In this document: piece by piece, positions 9,052 through 17,657 of the stretch | Layout of the letters: each line of letters opens with the position of its first letter | How positions within the stretch are numbered: the first letter of the stretch is position 1 | DNA from: a virus | Lineage: Duplodnaviria > Caudoviricetes | Reading direction: 5' to 3' (one strand) | IMG/VR virus record: IMGVR_UViG_3300033475_000115 | Location: 1-30,525 of that record | Length of the DNA: 30,525 nt | Program-made: the position numbers and the translations under genes | Notes under the pieces: generated by a model | What the model saw: only the letters and a program-made list of their open reading frames with translations | Database searches by the model: none | Told to the model about the DNA's origin: nothing

Positions 9052-9783
9052 TCAGAGATGGGCTGACACTCCGGCGATGAACGCTGCCTTCGCCCGCAGG
9101 GAAGCGGCGGCACCGTCTGCGGGACTGGTGGGTGCGGTCGCGGTTTTCGTGGCGGCATACAGGACGGAAAGTTTTTCGAGTTCGCCCTCGGCCAGGCAGC
9201 CGGCCTTGTAGGCCTTGGCGAGCGCGCTGGGGTTGGCCCCGATGATGCACTGGCTGAGCTCGATCTGCTCTTGAGCGAGATACACGGCGCGGAGCTGGGC
9301 GGCTTGCTGCGGGTCGAGTTTCAACTCGGCGATCTGCGCGAGGAAGGGGGCGCTGTTGCCATCCCACTTGCTGCACATCGACACGGGCACGAAGCCCACC
9401 GAGACCGCCTTGAGGAAGCCGTCGCGCACGAGCTTGAAGGCCATCGCACCCAGGCTCCCCTCGTCGCGGATGTATTTCACCGTTTCGACGAGTTCCGGCT
9501 TGTTGTCTGCGCTCATGCCGGTGCGCCAGTCGGTGACCTTTCCAAGCAGCTGCGTGATGCAGCTGTAGTCGTGGCTGTTTACGAAGGGGCTGTTCTTGGT
9601 AAAGTTGGTGAATCGCCAGCCGTTGACGCGCACGATCTCGCCATAGCAGTCGAGCGTCTCGTCGGAGGCGGTGAACTCGATGGTGCCATCGGCTTCGCTG
9701 AGGACGCGGGGGACGACGGCGAACTCGCGGCGGACGGTGCCGGCGGGACGGCCGAGCTGCTTGAGAATGTCAGGGATGTTCAT
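9052..9783 (-). CDS. HK97-family prohead protease
   Basis: ASDETLDCYGEIV, FVNSHDY, GFLKAVSVGF, ELSQCIIGANPSAL. Confidence 0.9.
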   Translation of the reverse strand: MNIPDILKQLGRPAGTVRREFAVVPRVLSEADGTIEFTASDETLDCYGEIVRVNGWRFTNFTKNSPFVNSHDYSCITQLLGKVTDWRTGMSADNKPELVETVKYIRDEGSLGAMAFKLVRDGFLKAVSVGFVPVSMCSKWDGNSAPFLAQIAELKLDPQQAAQLRAVYLAQEQIELSQCIIGANPSALAKAYKAGCLAEGELEKLSVLYAATKTATAPTSPADGAAASLRAKAAFIAGVSAHL

Positions 9784-9797
9784 GGTGGGAAAAGGAA

Positions 9798-12068
9798 TCA
9801 GCCTTCGGCGGTTTCGACGGGGATGGAGACGCAGTGGCAGTTGATGACGTTCTCGGGCGCGCCGGCGGGATCGCCGGGGAACTGGAGCTGCTCGCCGCCG
9901 ACTTCGAAGAACTCGTCGATGCGCACGATCTGCTCGTTGGCGGCGGCGTGGGCGGCGCGCACATTGGCGTTGCCGCTCGTGAGCCATTGCTTGTAGCCGA
10001 TGCCGGCCTGCTGCATGGCCTCGTCGCGGCCCGCACCGTAGGCGGCGGCGGTCTCGGTGGTGGCGATGACACGGGCCTTGCCCTGGTCGATGCCGTTGAA
10101 CTCGGCGCGCACACGGGTGGCGAGTTCCTCGGTGGTGTCGCCCTTGGTGATGCCCTCCTCCAGCGCCTCCTTGATGCGGTCAAAGGTTTCCTGCGGCACA
10201 CCCTTGAGCTTGTTCTCGCGGGCGCGGGCGTATTCCAGGACGGCCTCGGGCGGGAACTTGAAGGGGTCGTCGCGGCCGATCTCCTTGAAGAGCTGCGAGC
10301 CGGCGGTATCGAGAGCGGTTTCTCCGGCCTTGCGCATGGCGGCGAGCAGGCCGTCCGAAAACTTGGTGAGGTCGAAGAGGAAGTTGGCGGCGGCGGCGCG
10401 CTGCGCGAGCTGAGAGTTGAGAGCTGAGAGCTGAGAGCCGGACTTTTCGGCAGGGCGATAGTTCTTCTGAATCTTCGCGAGAACCTCGCCGCGCGCCTTC
10501 ATCAGCTCGCGGCCGATCTTCGACTGGTAGAGCTTCACGGTGCCGCGCCGCTTGGTCATGTGGTCGCGCCACTGGGCGAGCTGCTTGGGGTCGCGGGCTT
10601 TCTGCGCGACGACGGAGGCGTCGCCATGGCAGCCGCAGGTGAACATGGAGAAAGAGTCGGGAGCTGAGAGCTGAGAGCTGAGAGACCGGCACTCCGGCTT
10701 CGAATTGGCGGCGCGTTGGCGGGCGAGGAGCACGAGGCGCAGTTGCTCGACCTCGGGATCGGCGGGGGCGGCATCGGCGGGCTCGGCAAGCGCGGGATCG
10801 GCGGCGGGATCGGAGGAGCCGCCTTGGCTGGCGTTCGGATCAACGGGGCTCACCGAGAACGGGAGATAGCCGATCTGCCAGCCGGGGAACGCATCCATGC
10901 CGAGGCCGAGGTAGTCGTTGACGTTCTTCATCGGCATGCCGACACCGGTCAACTTGATCGCAGTATCCACGCGCGCCTGGCGGGCTTCGACCATGACGGG
11001 ATGATCATCCCAATCGGCAACAGCGGTGAGCGGGCGGCCGGCGAGCAGTGAAGCAGGGCGATCGAGCGCGCTATCGATGGCGCCAGCCTCGGCGATGCAC
11101 GTGCCGGTGATGAGCTGGTAGCGATCGCTGCTCGCGCCGGTGGAGTAACTGGCCTTGATATCGGCCATGCTCGCAGGCACGCCCAGGCCGATGTAGATCT
11201 CGTGACGTGAGGCGAGACGGGCGGCGGTGAGATCGGCACCGGGAGCCTGCGCCTTGGCATCCTGAATCTCGAATTTCGCCGGACCCCCGAGGAAGCCGAT
11301 GGAGAACTCGCCGCGGCGCGCCTTGCGCTGTTTCTCGCGGAGGCTGGCGATGATCTGCTGCTTCTGCGCCTCATCGAGATTGCCATCGGCGAGGACAAAG
11401 ACGCCCTGGTCGCCGTTGTTGCGCATGAGATTCTTGACGTAGACGCCGGCGAGGTAGTCACCGGCGGCAGCGTTGAAGATGGCATCGACCGGCGCGGAAC
11501 CACGGAACTCATCGCAGCCGGTGTTCATGATCGGCACATGGATCACATCCTCGGGGAGAAACGTCTCCTGCCGGCCGCCGGCATCGGTATGCGCCCAGCC
11601 GATGATCTGACCGCCCGATACGATGTGGCGCATGCAATCCGGCCGGGCGAGGAGCAGCGGCGGGAGACTGGCAGGATTGCGCGGGCGCAACGAAATATCC
11701 GTCCAACCCTCACGCAGGAGGATGAAGAACTCGCCCTTGAGGTCGAACCAGTTGGCCGCCCACACGCGATACTGGTCGAGCGTGAGACGACGGCCGGTGG
11801 AGAGGGCGAAGGGCTGGCCGGACCAGAAAGCCTTGAAGCGAGCCTCGTCGTATTCCTTGTCGCCATCGTAGAACTCGACCTCGGTGGCGGCGATCTCGCC
11901 GGCCTTCTTGTCGATCGCGGAGCGCACCCAGCCGGATTGCTCGCGGGGCAGGATAAACTCGGCGGTGCGGCCATAGCCGAGCCCGTCATCGGCATCGCGG
12001 CCGGCGATAAAATCGGCGGCGAAGGAGCGGGCGACCCATGAACGGACGGCGCGGGGGAGCAGTTTCAT
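9798..12068 (-). CDS. Portal protein (HK97-type) fused to a C-terminal Mu gpF / SPP1 gp7-like head morphogenesis domain
   Basis: Portal motifs (GEFFIL, PEDVIHV, RGSAP, EIYIGLGVP). C-terminal RARVIATTE-like helix, KQWLTSG..VRAAH, FPGDP, NVINCHC. Confidence 0.88.
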   Translation of the reverse strand: MKLLPRAVRSWVARSFAADFIAGRDADDGLGYGRTAEFILPREQSGWVRSAIDKKAGEIAATEVEFYDGDKEYDEARFKAFWSGQPFALSTGRRLTLDQYRVWAANWFDLKGEFFILLREGWTDISLRPRNPASLPPLLLARPDCMRHIVSGGQIIGWAHTDAGGRQETFLPEDVIHVPIMNTGCDEFRGSAPVDAIFNAAAGDYLAGVYVKNLMRNNGDQGVFVLADGNLDEAQKQQIIASLREKQRKARRGEFSIGFLGGPAKFEIQDAKAQAPGADLTAARLASRHEIYIGLGVPASMADIKASYSTGASSDRYQLITGTCIAEAGAIDSALDRPASLLAGRPLTAVADWDDHPVMVEARQARVDTAIKLTGVGMPMKNVNDYLGLGMDAFPGWQIGYLPFSVSPVDPNASQGGSSDPAADPALAEPADAAPADPEVEQLRLVLLARQRAANSKPECRSLSSQLSAPDSFSMFTCGCHGDASVVAQKARDPKQLAQWRDHMTKRRGTVKLYQSKIGRELMKARGEVLAKIQKNYRPAEKSGSQLSALNSQLAQRAAAANFLFDLTKFSDGLLAAMRKAGETALDTAGSQLFKEIGRDDPFKFPPEAVLEYARARENKLKGVPQETFDRIKEALEEGITKGDTTEELATRVRAEFNGIDQGKARVIATTETAAAYGAGRDEAMQQAGIGYKQWLTSGNANVRAAHAAANEQIVRIDEFFEVGGEQLQFPGDPAGAPENVINCHCVSIPVETAEG
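10411..10438. repeat. Heptamer tandem repeat within the portal-gpF gene
   Basis: tgagagt tgagagc tgagagc tgagagc; encodes GSQLSALNSQL. Confidence 0.85.
10661..10685. repeat. Heptamer tandem repeat within the portal-gpF linker
   Basis: gagc tgagagc tgagagc tgagaga; encodes SLSSQLSAP. Confidence 0.85.
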
Positions 12069-12193
12069 GCTGCGACCTCCGATTTGGCGGCGTTTAAGCC
12101 TGTCTTAAGGTCAACAGGAAGGCCGGTGCGCGGCATTGCGCGAGGGGTTGGACCCGTGAACTCGTTTAAAGCGAAAGAAAGGGGGGTGTGCAT
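12065..12193 (-). CDS. Possible 42-aa ORF between terminase and portal
   Basis: ATG with acgacc leader; open to a TGA that overlaps the portal ATG (ATGA). Confidence 0.35.
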   Translation of the reverse strand: MHTPLSFALNEFTGPTPRAMPRTGLPVDLKTGLNAAKSEVAA

Positions 12194-12199
12194 GGTCGT

Positions 12200-13708
12200 T
12201 TAAATAACCTCGGAGAAGAAGTTGCCGGTGAGCTGCTGGCTGGCGCGGATGGCGAGAGCGACGGACCAGAACTCGTCGGCATGGCCGGCCTCATCACGGG
12301 TGGCGGCGATGCTTACCCGGCCGCCAGGCGAGACGATGCGCTCGGGCTTGCGCAGGCTGTCACGCAGCTGGGCATCCATCGGGATCTCGATGCGGTGATC
12401 TTCGAAGACTTGGAGGAGCTCCGTCGCCATGAGCTCGGTGACGCGGGCGGTCTCGCCCTGGCGACCATCGGCGCGCAGGCGTTTGCTGAGTGGCTCGGTC
12501 GAGCCGAAGTTGACGCCCTTGATGTTGCGGCCCCACGGCTCGTCCTGCGAATACTCGACCAAGCCGAGGCCGATGCCTGTCATGTCGATGCAGCCGGCGC
12601 GGAACTTGGGCAGCGTGGCGATGAGTTTCAACTGGCTCTGCTGGTAGGGCAGGCGCTTGTTTTCCATGCGAAGCATGGCGACCACGCGGTAGGCCTGGCC
12701 GATCTTCTCGATGACGGTGATGACCGAGAGGTCGCGGTTGCGGCCCACGTCCTGCCCGAGATAAAGCTCGCCGTGCGTGAACTGCGCGAGGCGGGCGATG
12801 GTGGCGGGCGACCACTCGCCCTCCTCCACTTCCACGCCTTCGCGCTGGGCGGCGTTGATGAGCTCCTGGGTGAGGAGCGCGCTGGCCTCGTCGTTGAAGA
12901 CGCACTCGTAGTTCTGATCGTAGGCGCGTTTGTCGCTCGCCTCGGCGCGGGCCTCATCGGGCGTGATCTCTTTGCCGGTGACGGCGGAGTAGATCTTGAT
13001 CTCGCCGGCCTTCCACGCATCAGAACGGCGCACGCGGTAATACGGGATGCGCCCTTCGCTGATGAGCTGGTAAAACATGTTCCGCCGGCCGTTGCCGGTC
13101 GACGCGATGCGGCAGAGATAGTCGGGATTGCTGGAAATGATCGGCTCGGCGGCTTCCCAGATGGCGGCGCTGTCCTGGTGGAAGGCGAATTCATCGAGGA
13201 TGAGATCGCCCGAGAAGCCGCGGGCGGTGCGGGGATTGGCGGCGAGGACCAGGATGCGGCCCACCTGCCCGTCGACGGTGACGCGCACCTCGCCGCGCAT
13301 CATGTCATACTTCATGTCCTCCGAAATATCGGAGCGGCCGTCGAGCGCGGCGAAGTTGCTCTCCATCTCGATGGCCTTGCCGAGCTGGCGGCAAACTTCC
13401 TGGCATTTTAAAACGAACTCCAAGCCGTTGGCGCGGCTATTGGAGAGCACGGTGACGAGCCGGCCCGGATGATCGAGGAGGCGCTTCACCGCCCAGTTGG
13501 CGAGGGTGTAGCTCTTGCCCACCTGGCGCGACCAGTGGAGTATCTGTGTCTTGGTCTCGTGATCCCAGAAGACGCGCTCCTGGTATTTGCGGAAGGTGAT
13601 GAGCCCATGGGCGCTCTCGACCACATTGGCCACGGTGCCGGCGGTGATCGCGGCGACGGCTGCACCCACGGCGATGGCCTTGCGGACTTTGCGGGCGGCG
13701 GCGCTCAT
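12200..13708 (-). CDS. terL: Terminase large subunit (Mu gp28-like)
   Basis: Walker A WSRQVGKS, Walker B LILDEFA, ASTGNG, nuclease GQDVGR / IDMTGIG / HADEFWS. Confidence 0.93.
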   Translation of the reverse strand: MSAAARKVRKAIAVGAAVAAITAGTVANVVESAHGLITFRKYQERVFWDHETKTQILHWSRQVGKSYTLANWAVKRLLDHPGRLVTVLSNSRANGLEFVLKCQEVCRQLGKAIEMESNFAALDGRSDISEDMKYDMMRGEVRVTVDGQVGRILVLAANPRTARGFSGDLILDEFAFHQDSAAIWEAAEPIISSNPDYLCRIASTGNGRRNMFYQLISEGRIPYYRVRRSDAWKAGEIKIYSAVTGKEITPDEARAEASDKRAYDQNYECVFNDEASALLTQELINAAQREGVEVEEGEWSPATIARLAQFTHGELYLGQDVGRNRDLSVITVIEKIGQAYRVVAMLRMENKRLPYQQSQLKLIATLPKFRAGCIDMTGIGLGLVEYSQDEPWGRNIKGVNFGSTEPLSKRLRADGRQGETARVTELMATELLQVFEDHRIEIPMDAQLRDSLRKPERIVSPGGRVSIAATRDEAGHADEFWSVALAIRASQQLTGNFFSEVI

Positions 13709-14322
13709 GTGGATGCGCCCCCCTTGTCGCCCACGGCTTTGAAATCGGCGGGCTTCTGGCCCCAGAGGACTTTGGCGACGCGCTCGGTCTTGGCGGCGGC
13801 ATCGAGCTTGTTGTCGGCGATGATGAGCCGGATCTCCTTGGCGTGCTCCAGCACGGCCTTGGCGGCGTCGAACTGCTGCATCACGAGTTTCTGCTCCAGC
13901 GCGCGCAGATCGGCCTTGAGTTTCTTCCCGTCGCGGAAACTGGCGGTGAGGCGGGTGACGTTGAGCACCGTCTTCTCCAGCACATCGGCCTCGATGTCGC
14001 GGCCTTCCATGCGGGCGCGGAGGATCTGGTCGGTGATCTGCTCGCTGAGCATCACGGCGGCGGCCTCGGTGCGCGTCTCGGGGTCGGCGCCGGCCTCGGC
14101 CACGAGCTGGCCGATCTCGCGGGCGCGTTTCACCTCGGCCAAGTATTCAGCGAAGTTCTTTTTCTTCACCGAGCGCGCGCTCTCGTGCGACGCGGTGATG
14201 CCGCGCTTGGCCATGGCCGCCTGGATCTGCGCGAGCGTGGGATTGCCGCTGAGCTGGTAAAGCTCATCGAGCATGGCCCTAAGCTCGGGACCGGAGAGAT
14301 TGTTTTCGGCAAGATTACCCAC
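13705..14322 (-). CDS. Mu gp27-like putative terminase small subunit
   Basis: Helical protein directly upstream of terL with an N-terminal HTH-like segment (TLAQIQ..MAKRGITASHES). GTG start at 14322 preferred. Confidence 0.65.
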   Translation of the reverse strand: MGNLAENNLSGPELRAMLDELYQLSGNPTLAQIQAAMAKRGITASHESARSVKKKNFAEYLAEVKRAREIGQLVAEAGADPETRTEAAAVMLSEQITDQILRARMEGRDIEADVLEKTVLNVTRLTASFRDGKKLKADLRALEQKLVMQQFDAAKAVLEHAKEIRLIIADNKLDAAAKTERVAKVLWGQKPADFKAVGDKGGAST

Positions 14323-14436
14323 GAGAAAAAAGGGAGGAGACGTTCTCCTGCCGGGCGCCATCGCCCGGCAGGGTTGACACGATTTTGACCAAGCACCCCC
14401 GGCTACACGGGCCGGAGGAAGTGAAGAGGGAGCGGC

Positions 14437-14691
14437 TCATTGTTGGACGGCTCCCAGGCCCACGCGGGTGATGACCCAGCGGGCAGCATCGGGATCGAGG
14501 GCTTCGCCGACCTTGGCGACCATCTCTTGTTCAAGCAGCCAGTTGAGGTGCTCGCGCAGCTCGGGCATCTCGACCTTGCGGGGCATCTCGATGTTTACCC
14601 CGTCGCTGATGGAAGCGATAGGGGCGGAGTTGGGCGAAAATGCTTCGAGCGTGCGCAAAATGCGCAGGCGGATGGAGAGTGGATAGTTCAT
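14437..14691 (-). CDS. Mu gp26-like small winged-helix protein
   Basis: RLRILRTL...LREHLNWLLEQEMV...ITRVG pattern and Mu-like synteny. Confidence 0.7.
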   Translation of the reverse strand: MNYPLSIRLRILRTLEAFSPNSAPIASISDGVNIEMPRKVEMPELREHLNWLLEQEMVAKVGEALDPDAARWVITRVGLGAVQQ

Positions 14692-15014
14692 CGGCTGGAT
14701 TCGGCGCGCACGATTTCGATGATGCGCTCGGTCTGCTTATCGAGCTTGTCGTAGATGCGGATGACGCGCTGCTCGCCGGCCTCCTCGATCTTGTCGAGGC
14801 GTTTGGAAATATCCTCGGTGTGCTTCTCAAACTCCGCACGAGTGACGAACTGGTGATGCAGTGCGGGCGTGGCGCGAGGCTCAAACTGGCCCGAGGCCTC
14901 ACGCTGGTCGCGGCGGTAATTAAAAAGCCACGACGAGAGGAATACGATCACGAGCACAGCGCCGCCTAAAACGGGAGCATCGGACATGGAGAGGTCGGCG
15001 AGGAGCGGCGTCAT
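14688..15014 (-). CDS. Membrane-anchored coiled-coil protein (Mu gp25-like position)
   Basis: One TM segment (VLGGAVLVIVFLSSWLF), FVTRAEF, coiled coil; ATGA overlaps at both ends. Confidence 0.6.
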   Translation of the reverse strand: MTPLLADLSMSDAPVLGGAVLVIVFLSSWLFNYRRDQREASGQFEPRATPALHHQFVTRAEFEKHTEDISKRLDKIEEAGEQRVIRIYDKLDKQTERIIEIVRAESSR

Positions 15015-15295
15015 TTCTGGATGGCGTTGCGTTCTTGGGAGAGGGCGGCGGCGGTGTTGATGAGCTGGTTTTCGAGTTCCCCGTAGGCGGCGGCGCTGTG
15101 CCACACTTCATCCACCTGCGGGATGTAGATCCCCGCCTTGCTTTGGATCGGGACTCCCGCCGGCAGCTGGAGCACTCGGGGCTGGTAGATCTGCAAGGAC
15201 GCCTTGGGCGCGGACGATCCGGTCACGCAACCGGTCAGCAGCGAGCTGAGAAGCATCGTCGCCACGAGTGCGCAGGCTTTGGATTTGGTCTTCAT
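15011..15295 (-). CDS. Lipoprotein, putative o-spanin (Rz1-like)
   Basis: Signal with lipobox LTGC; starts inside the upstream ORF in another frame. Confidence 0.65.
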   Translation of the reverse strand: MKTKSKACALVATMLLSSLLTGCVTGSSAPKASLQIYQPRVLQLPAGVPIQSKAGIYIPQVDEVWHSAAAYGELENQLINTAAALSQERNAIQK

Positions 15296-15407
15296 CGGTT
15301 TCGATATCGGCTTCGATGCGGCGGCGGAGATCGTAGGCCGCGCTCACCTGTTTCAGGCGCAGCCACTCGGCGAGCGCGGTGAAGATGGCGGTGATCGCGG
15401 CCCACAT
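15108..15407 (-). CDS. Putative i-spanin (Rz-like)
   Basis: Hydrophobic N-terminus plus coiled coil; overlapped by the lipoprotein gene. Confidence 0.55.
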   Translation of the reverse strand: MWAAITAIFTALAEWLRLKQVSAAYDLRRRIEADIETDEDQIQSLRTRGDDASQLAADRLRDRIVRAQGVLADLPAPSAPAAGGSPDPKQGGDLHPAGG

Positions 15408-15411
15408 GGCT

Positions 15412-15807
15412 TCAGGTGATGTCCTGGACGATGCGATCGAGGAGCGGTTGCACGCCGTAGTCGGAAGCTACGGATTGGATCTTGGCCTTGATCTCGGCTT
15501 CGGCGGCGGCGACTTTCGGAAGCTTGGTCGCCTGCTCGATGCCCACGACAAGGGACTCGGTGATTTTCTGCGCGGTGGTTTTTTCCGTATGCGACCACAC
15601 GCCGAAGATCGCCATGACTGCAGCGATGATCGAAGAGATCACCGTGCCATCGGCATACCACGGCGTAGATACAACCACGGCGGCACCGGCGGGCGCGGCG
15701 GCTTGGGCGTAGGCGGTGACGGGGTGGAGAACGAGAACGAGTAAGAGAACGAGAACGATGGCGGAGAGCCACGGAAGGAGGGTGCGGGCTGATTTGGTTT
15801 TGTTCAT
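15412..15807 (-). CDS. Holin-like membrane protein
   Basis: ATG 15807; two hydrophobic segments and a charged C-terminal tail; upstream of the spanin pair. Confidence 0.55.
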   Translation of the reverse strand: MNKTKSARTLLPWLSAIVLVLLLVLVLHPVTAYAQAAAPAGAAVVVSTPWYADGTVISSIIAAVMAIFGVWSHTEKTTAQKITESLVVGIEQATKLPKVAAAEAEIKAKIQSVASDYGVQPLLDRIVQDIT

Positions 15808-15823
15808 GACGGGTTGGGAAATT

Positions 15824-16135
15824 TTAAAGGAGCTGGCCGCCGGGCTTGAGCACGGCGTGGCGGGCTTGATCGGCGGAGACGCAGTCGGGGCAGCCGTTAT
15901 TATCGCAGCCGGTGCAGCGCAGGCGCGGCGCACGCTCGGAGGCGAGGGCTTCGCGCAGGGCATCGCCGAGCGCGGGATCTTCGGCCGATAGCATCGAGAA
16001 GAGTTGCACCCAACGGGCGCGCGGGGCGCGCAGGCCGTGGCTTTTCGGTGTGTTGTCGGCATCGCCCACGATCACCGTGGCGACGACTTCGCGGCCGGCA
16101 CGCTCGGCCGAGAGCACGGAAAAAATCTCCGCCAC
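15824..16135 (-). CDS. Hypothetical protein with CxxC-x4-CxxC motif, first gene of the late operon
   Basis: RCTGCDNNGCPDC; GTG start uncertain. Confidence 0.45.
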   Translation of the reverse strand: MAEIFSVLSAERAGREVVATVIVGDADNTPKSHGLRAPRARWVQLFSMLSAEDPALGDALREALASERAPRLRCTGCDNNGCPDCVSADQARHAVLKPGGQLL

Positions 16136-16364
16136 GGGCAACACACGGGCGCGGGGCTCGCGGGTGCGGCTTGATCGCGAGCCGGTTTGTGGTAGTGCTG
16201 GAGGTGTGACGGGTGGCACGCCGCACACCTTAGCGAAAAAACAAAGCAGGTGTTACCCTACGAGTCCTTGGTGTCGTTGTAGTCGGGGAAAAAGTAGGTG
16301 AAGACCCACCAGCAGGGTAGGTCCAGACCCCAGCTGGCATTTACCATGCGCAGCAGCAGGCAAC

Positions 16365-16393
16365 AAAAAGCCCCGCTCGGCGAGGAGCGGGGC
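16365..16393 (-). terminator. Intrinsic terminator separating the repressor/moron transcript from the late operon
   Basis: Minus strand gccccgctc-ctcgcc-gagcggggc-ttttt. Confidence 0.85.
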
Positions 16394-16420
16394 GTGAGGG
16401 GAATGGGAACTGACGGGGGG

Positions 16421-17014
16421 TTATTTCCCGAAATCCCCAGCCTCAATCGATACTTCGGATTTTGGCGGATTAAGCGTGTATGCCGGCACGTGCTTGGCGC
16501 CTGCTCCCACCGAGGTGTAGCTGTAGCTGCCATCGGTCCAAAGGATGAGGTCAACATCATCATCATCGGCCACGGTCGTGAGACCACGCACGAAGGCGAC
16601 GGCATCTACCATGACCGGCGTTTCGGTAGGCACGTTGACCGTTTCATAAGTCGGACCATCCAAGCCGGTGGCGTATTTGATTTTCTTAGTGGGCACATTG
16701 ACGACCACGATTTTTGATACGGAACAAAGCGCACCATCATCAAGGGATTGGATGACATGCACGCTGAGACGATTGGCGGTGCGCCGGTGTTTTTCGCATT
16801 GGGCAAGAAAGTCTTTGTCGTCGTCGCTGAGCTTGAGCCGCGAGATCTGCAAGACGCGACCGCCCGCCAAACGGATTGATACGGTGCCTGCAGTGAAGCC
16901 GACGAGCGTGGCCTGCACCTCTCTGCCGGTGGTATCTGTCCAAGTGCGAGCATGAGCAGGTTGGACGGCGAACAGAAATGCCAGCAAGAGAATGAAGAGC
17001 AGGGTTGTTTTCAT
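16421..17014 (-). CDS. Exported SHD1-domain protein (moron)
   Basis: Signal peptide ending AHA, then RTWTDTTGREVQATLV...LSDDDKDFL (SLA1 homology domain 1 pattern). Confidence 0.75.
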   Translation of the reverse strand: MKTTLLFILLLAFLFAVQPAHARTWTDTTGREVQATLVGFTAGTVSIRLAGGRVLQISRLKLSDDDKDFLAQCEKHRRTANRLSVHVIQSLDDGALCSVSKIVVVNVPTKKIKYATGLDGPTYETVNVPTETPVMVDAVAFVRGLTTVADDDDVDLILWTDGSYSYTSVGAGAKHVPAYTLNPPKSEVSIEAGDFGK

Positions 17015-17021
17015 GGCGGAA

Positions 17022-17342
17022 TTATTCACTCAAACGAGCCTTCTCCCAAGCGGCGGCGCGGGCTTCTTGATCCAGACGCTCGACGCGCTCCCTCTCGGTT
17101 TCGTAGGCGGGCATCTTTTTGTTTAACCAGACACCGGGCAGAGGTCTTTTTGCGGCGGGCGCGGGTTTGGGAATTTCAGGCAGCAGCAAAACTAGAATCC
17201 AGCCGATAGGCCCGATAAAAAACCCGAGCATAAAACCGTGAATCTCTCGATTCTTGGATTTGCCCAGCCAGCGACCAAGGAGACCGCCGAATAGGGCAAA
17301 GAATAAAACTGCGACGATGTATTCAGGAGTGAAGATATCCAT
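17022..17342 (-). CDS. Small inner-membrane protein (moron)
   Basis: Two TM segments, GFMLGFFIGPIGWILVLLLP; lower GC than the backbone. Confidence 0.7.
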   Translation of the reverse strand: MDIFTPEYIVAVLFFALFGGLLGRWLGKSKNREIHGFMLGFFIGPIGWILVLLLPEIPKPAPAAKRPLPGVWLNKKMPAYETERERVERLDQEARAAAWEKARLSE

Positions 17343-17429
17343 ATTAGGTCCTTTCAGGCTTAGAGTTAGAGAGTGCGCCGATTATTAAACACAGGCGCAT
17401 CGTTGTGCTTGGATTTCGGATAAAAAAAA

Positions 17430-17657
17430 GTGTCTGTCTTTCACGTCGTGGCTAAACCTCCAGCCAGCAAACGGAAAAGACAGGATGCCGAGGGGCAATT
17501 TGTCTTCTGCTTCGCGGCCGATCTGCTCGCGGAAAATGCGGCGCTGCGGGCGGAGAATGCCATTTTGCGGGAGAAGCTCATAAAAAAAGGCGAGATGCTT
17601 ATGATGCTTGGGCAGCGGCTGCGCCACCTTGGGACTGCGGATTTTTTAGCGCCTTGA
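17430..17657 (+). CDS. Possible small coiled-coil protein convergent with the repressor gene
   Basis: LLAENAALRAENAILREKL heptads; fills an otherwise empty gap; overlaps the repressor 3' end. Confidence 0.35.
   Translation: MSVFHVVAKPPASKRKRQDAEGQFVFCFAADLLAENAALRAENAILREKLIKKGEMLMMLGQRLRHLGTADFLAP

Noticed and set aside
9021-9158. ORF-track N-terminal extensions of the capsid (also protease 9784-9987, holin 15808-16062, cassette 3 ORF 26166-26465)
   Set aside because: They overlap upstream genes and read as low-complexity; internal ATGs with typical leaders or ATGA overlaps fit better.
15824-16135. Com-like translational activator
   Set aside because: Cys spacing is tighter than in Com and no mom-like gene is adjacent.
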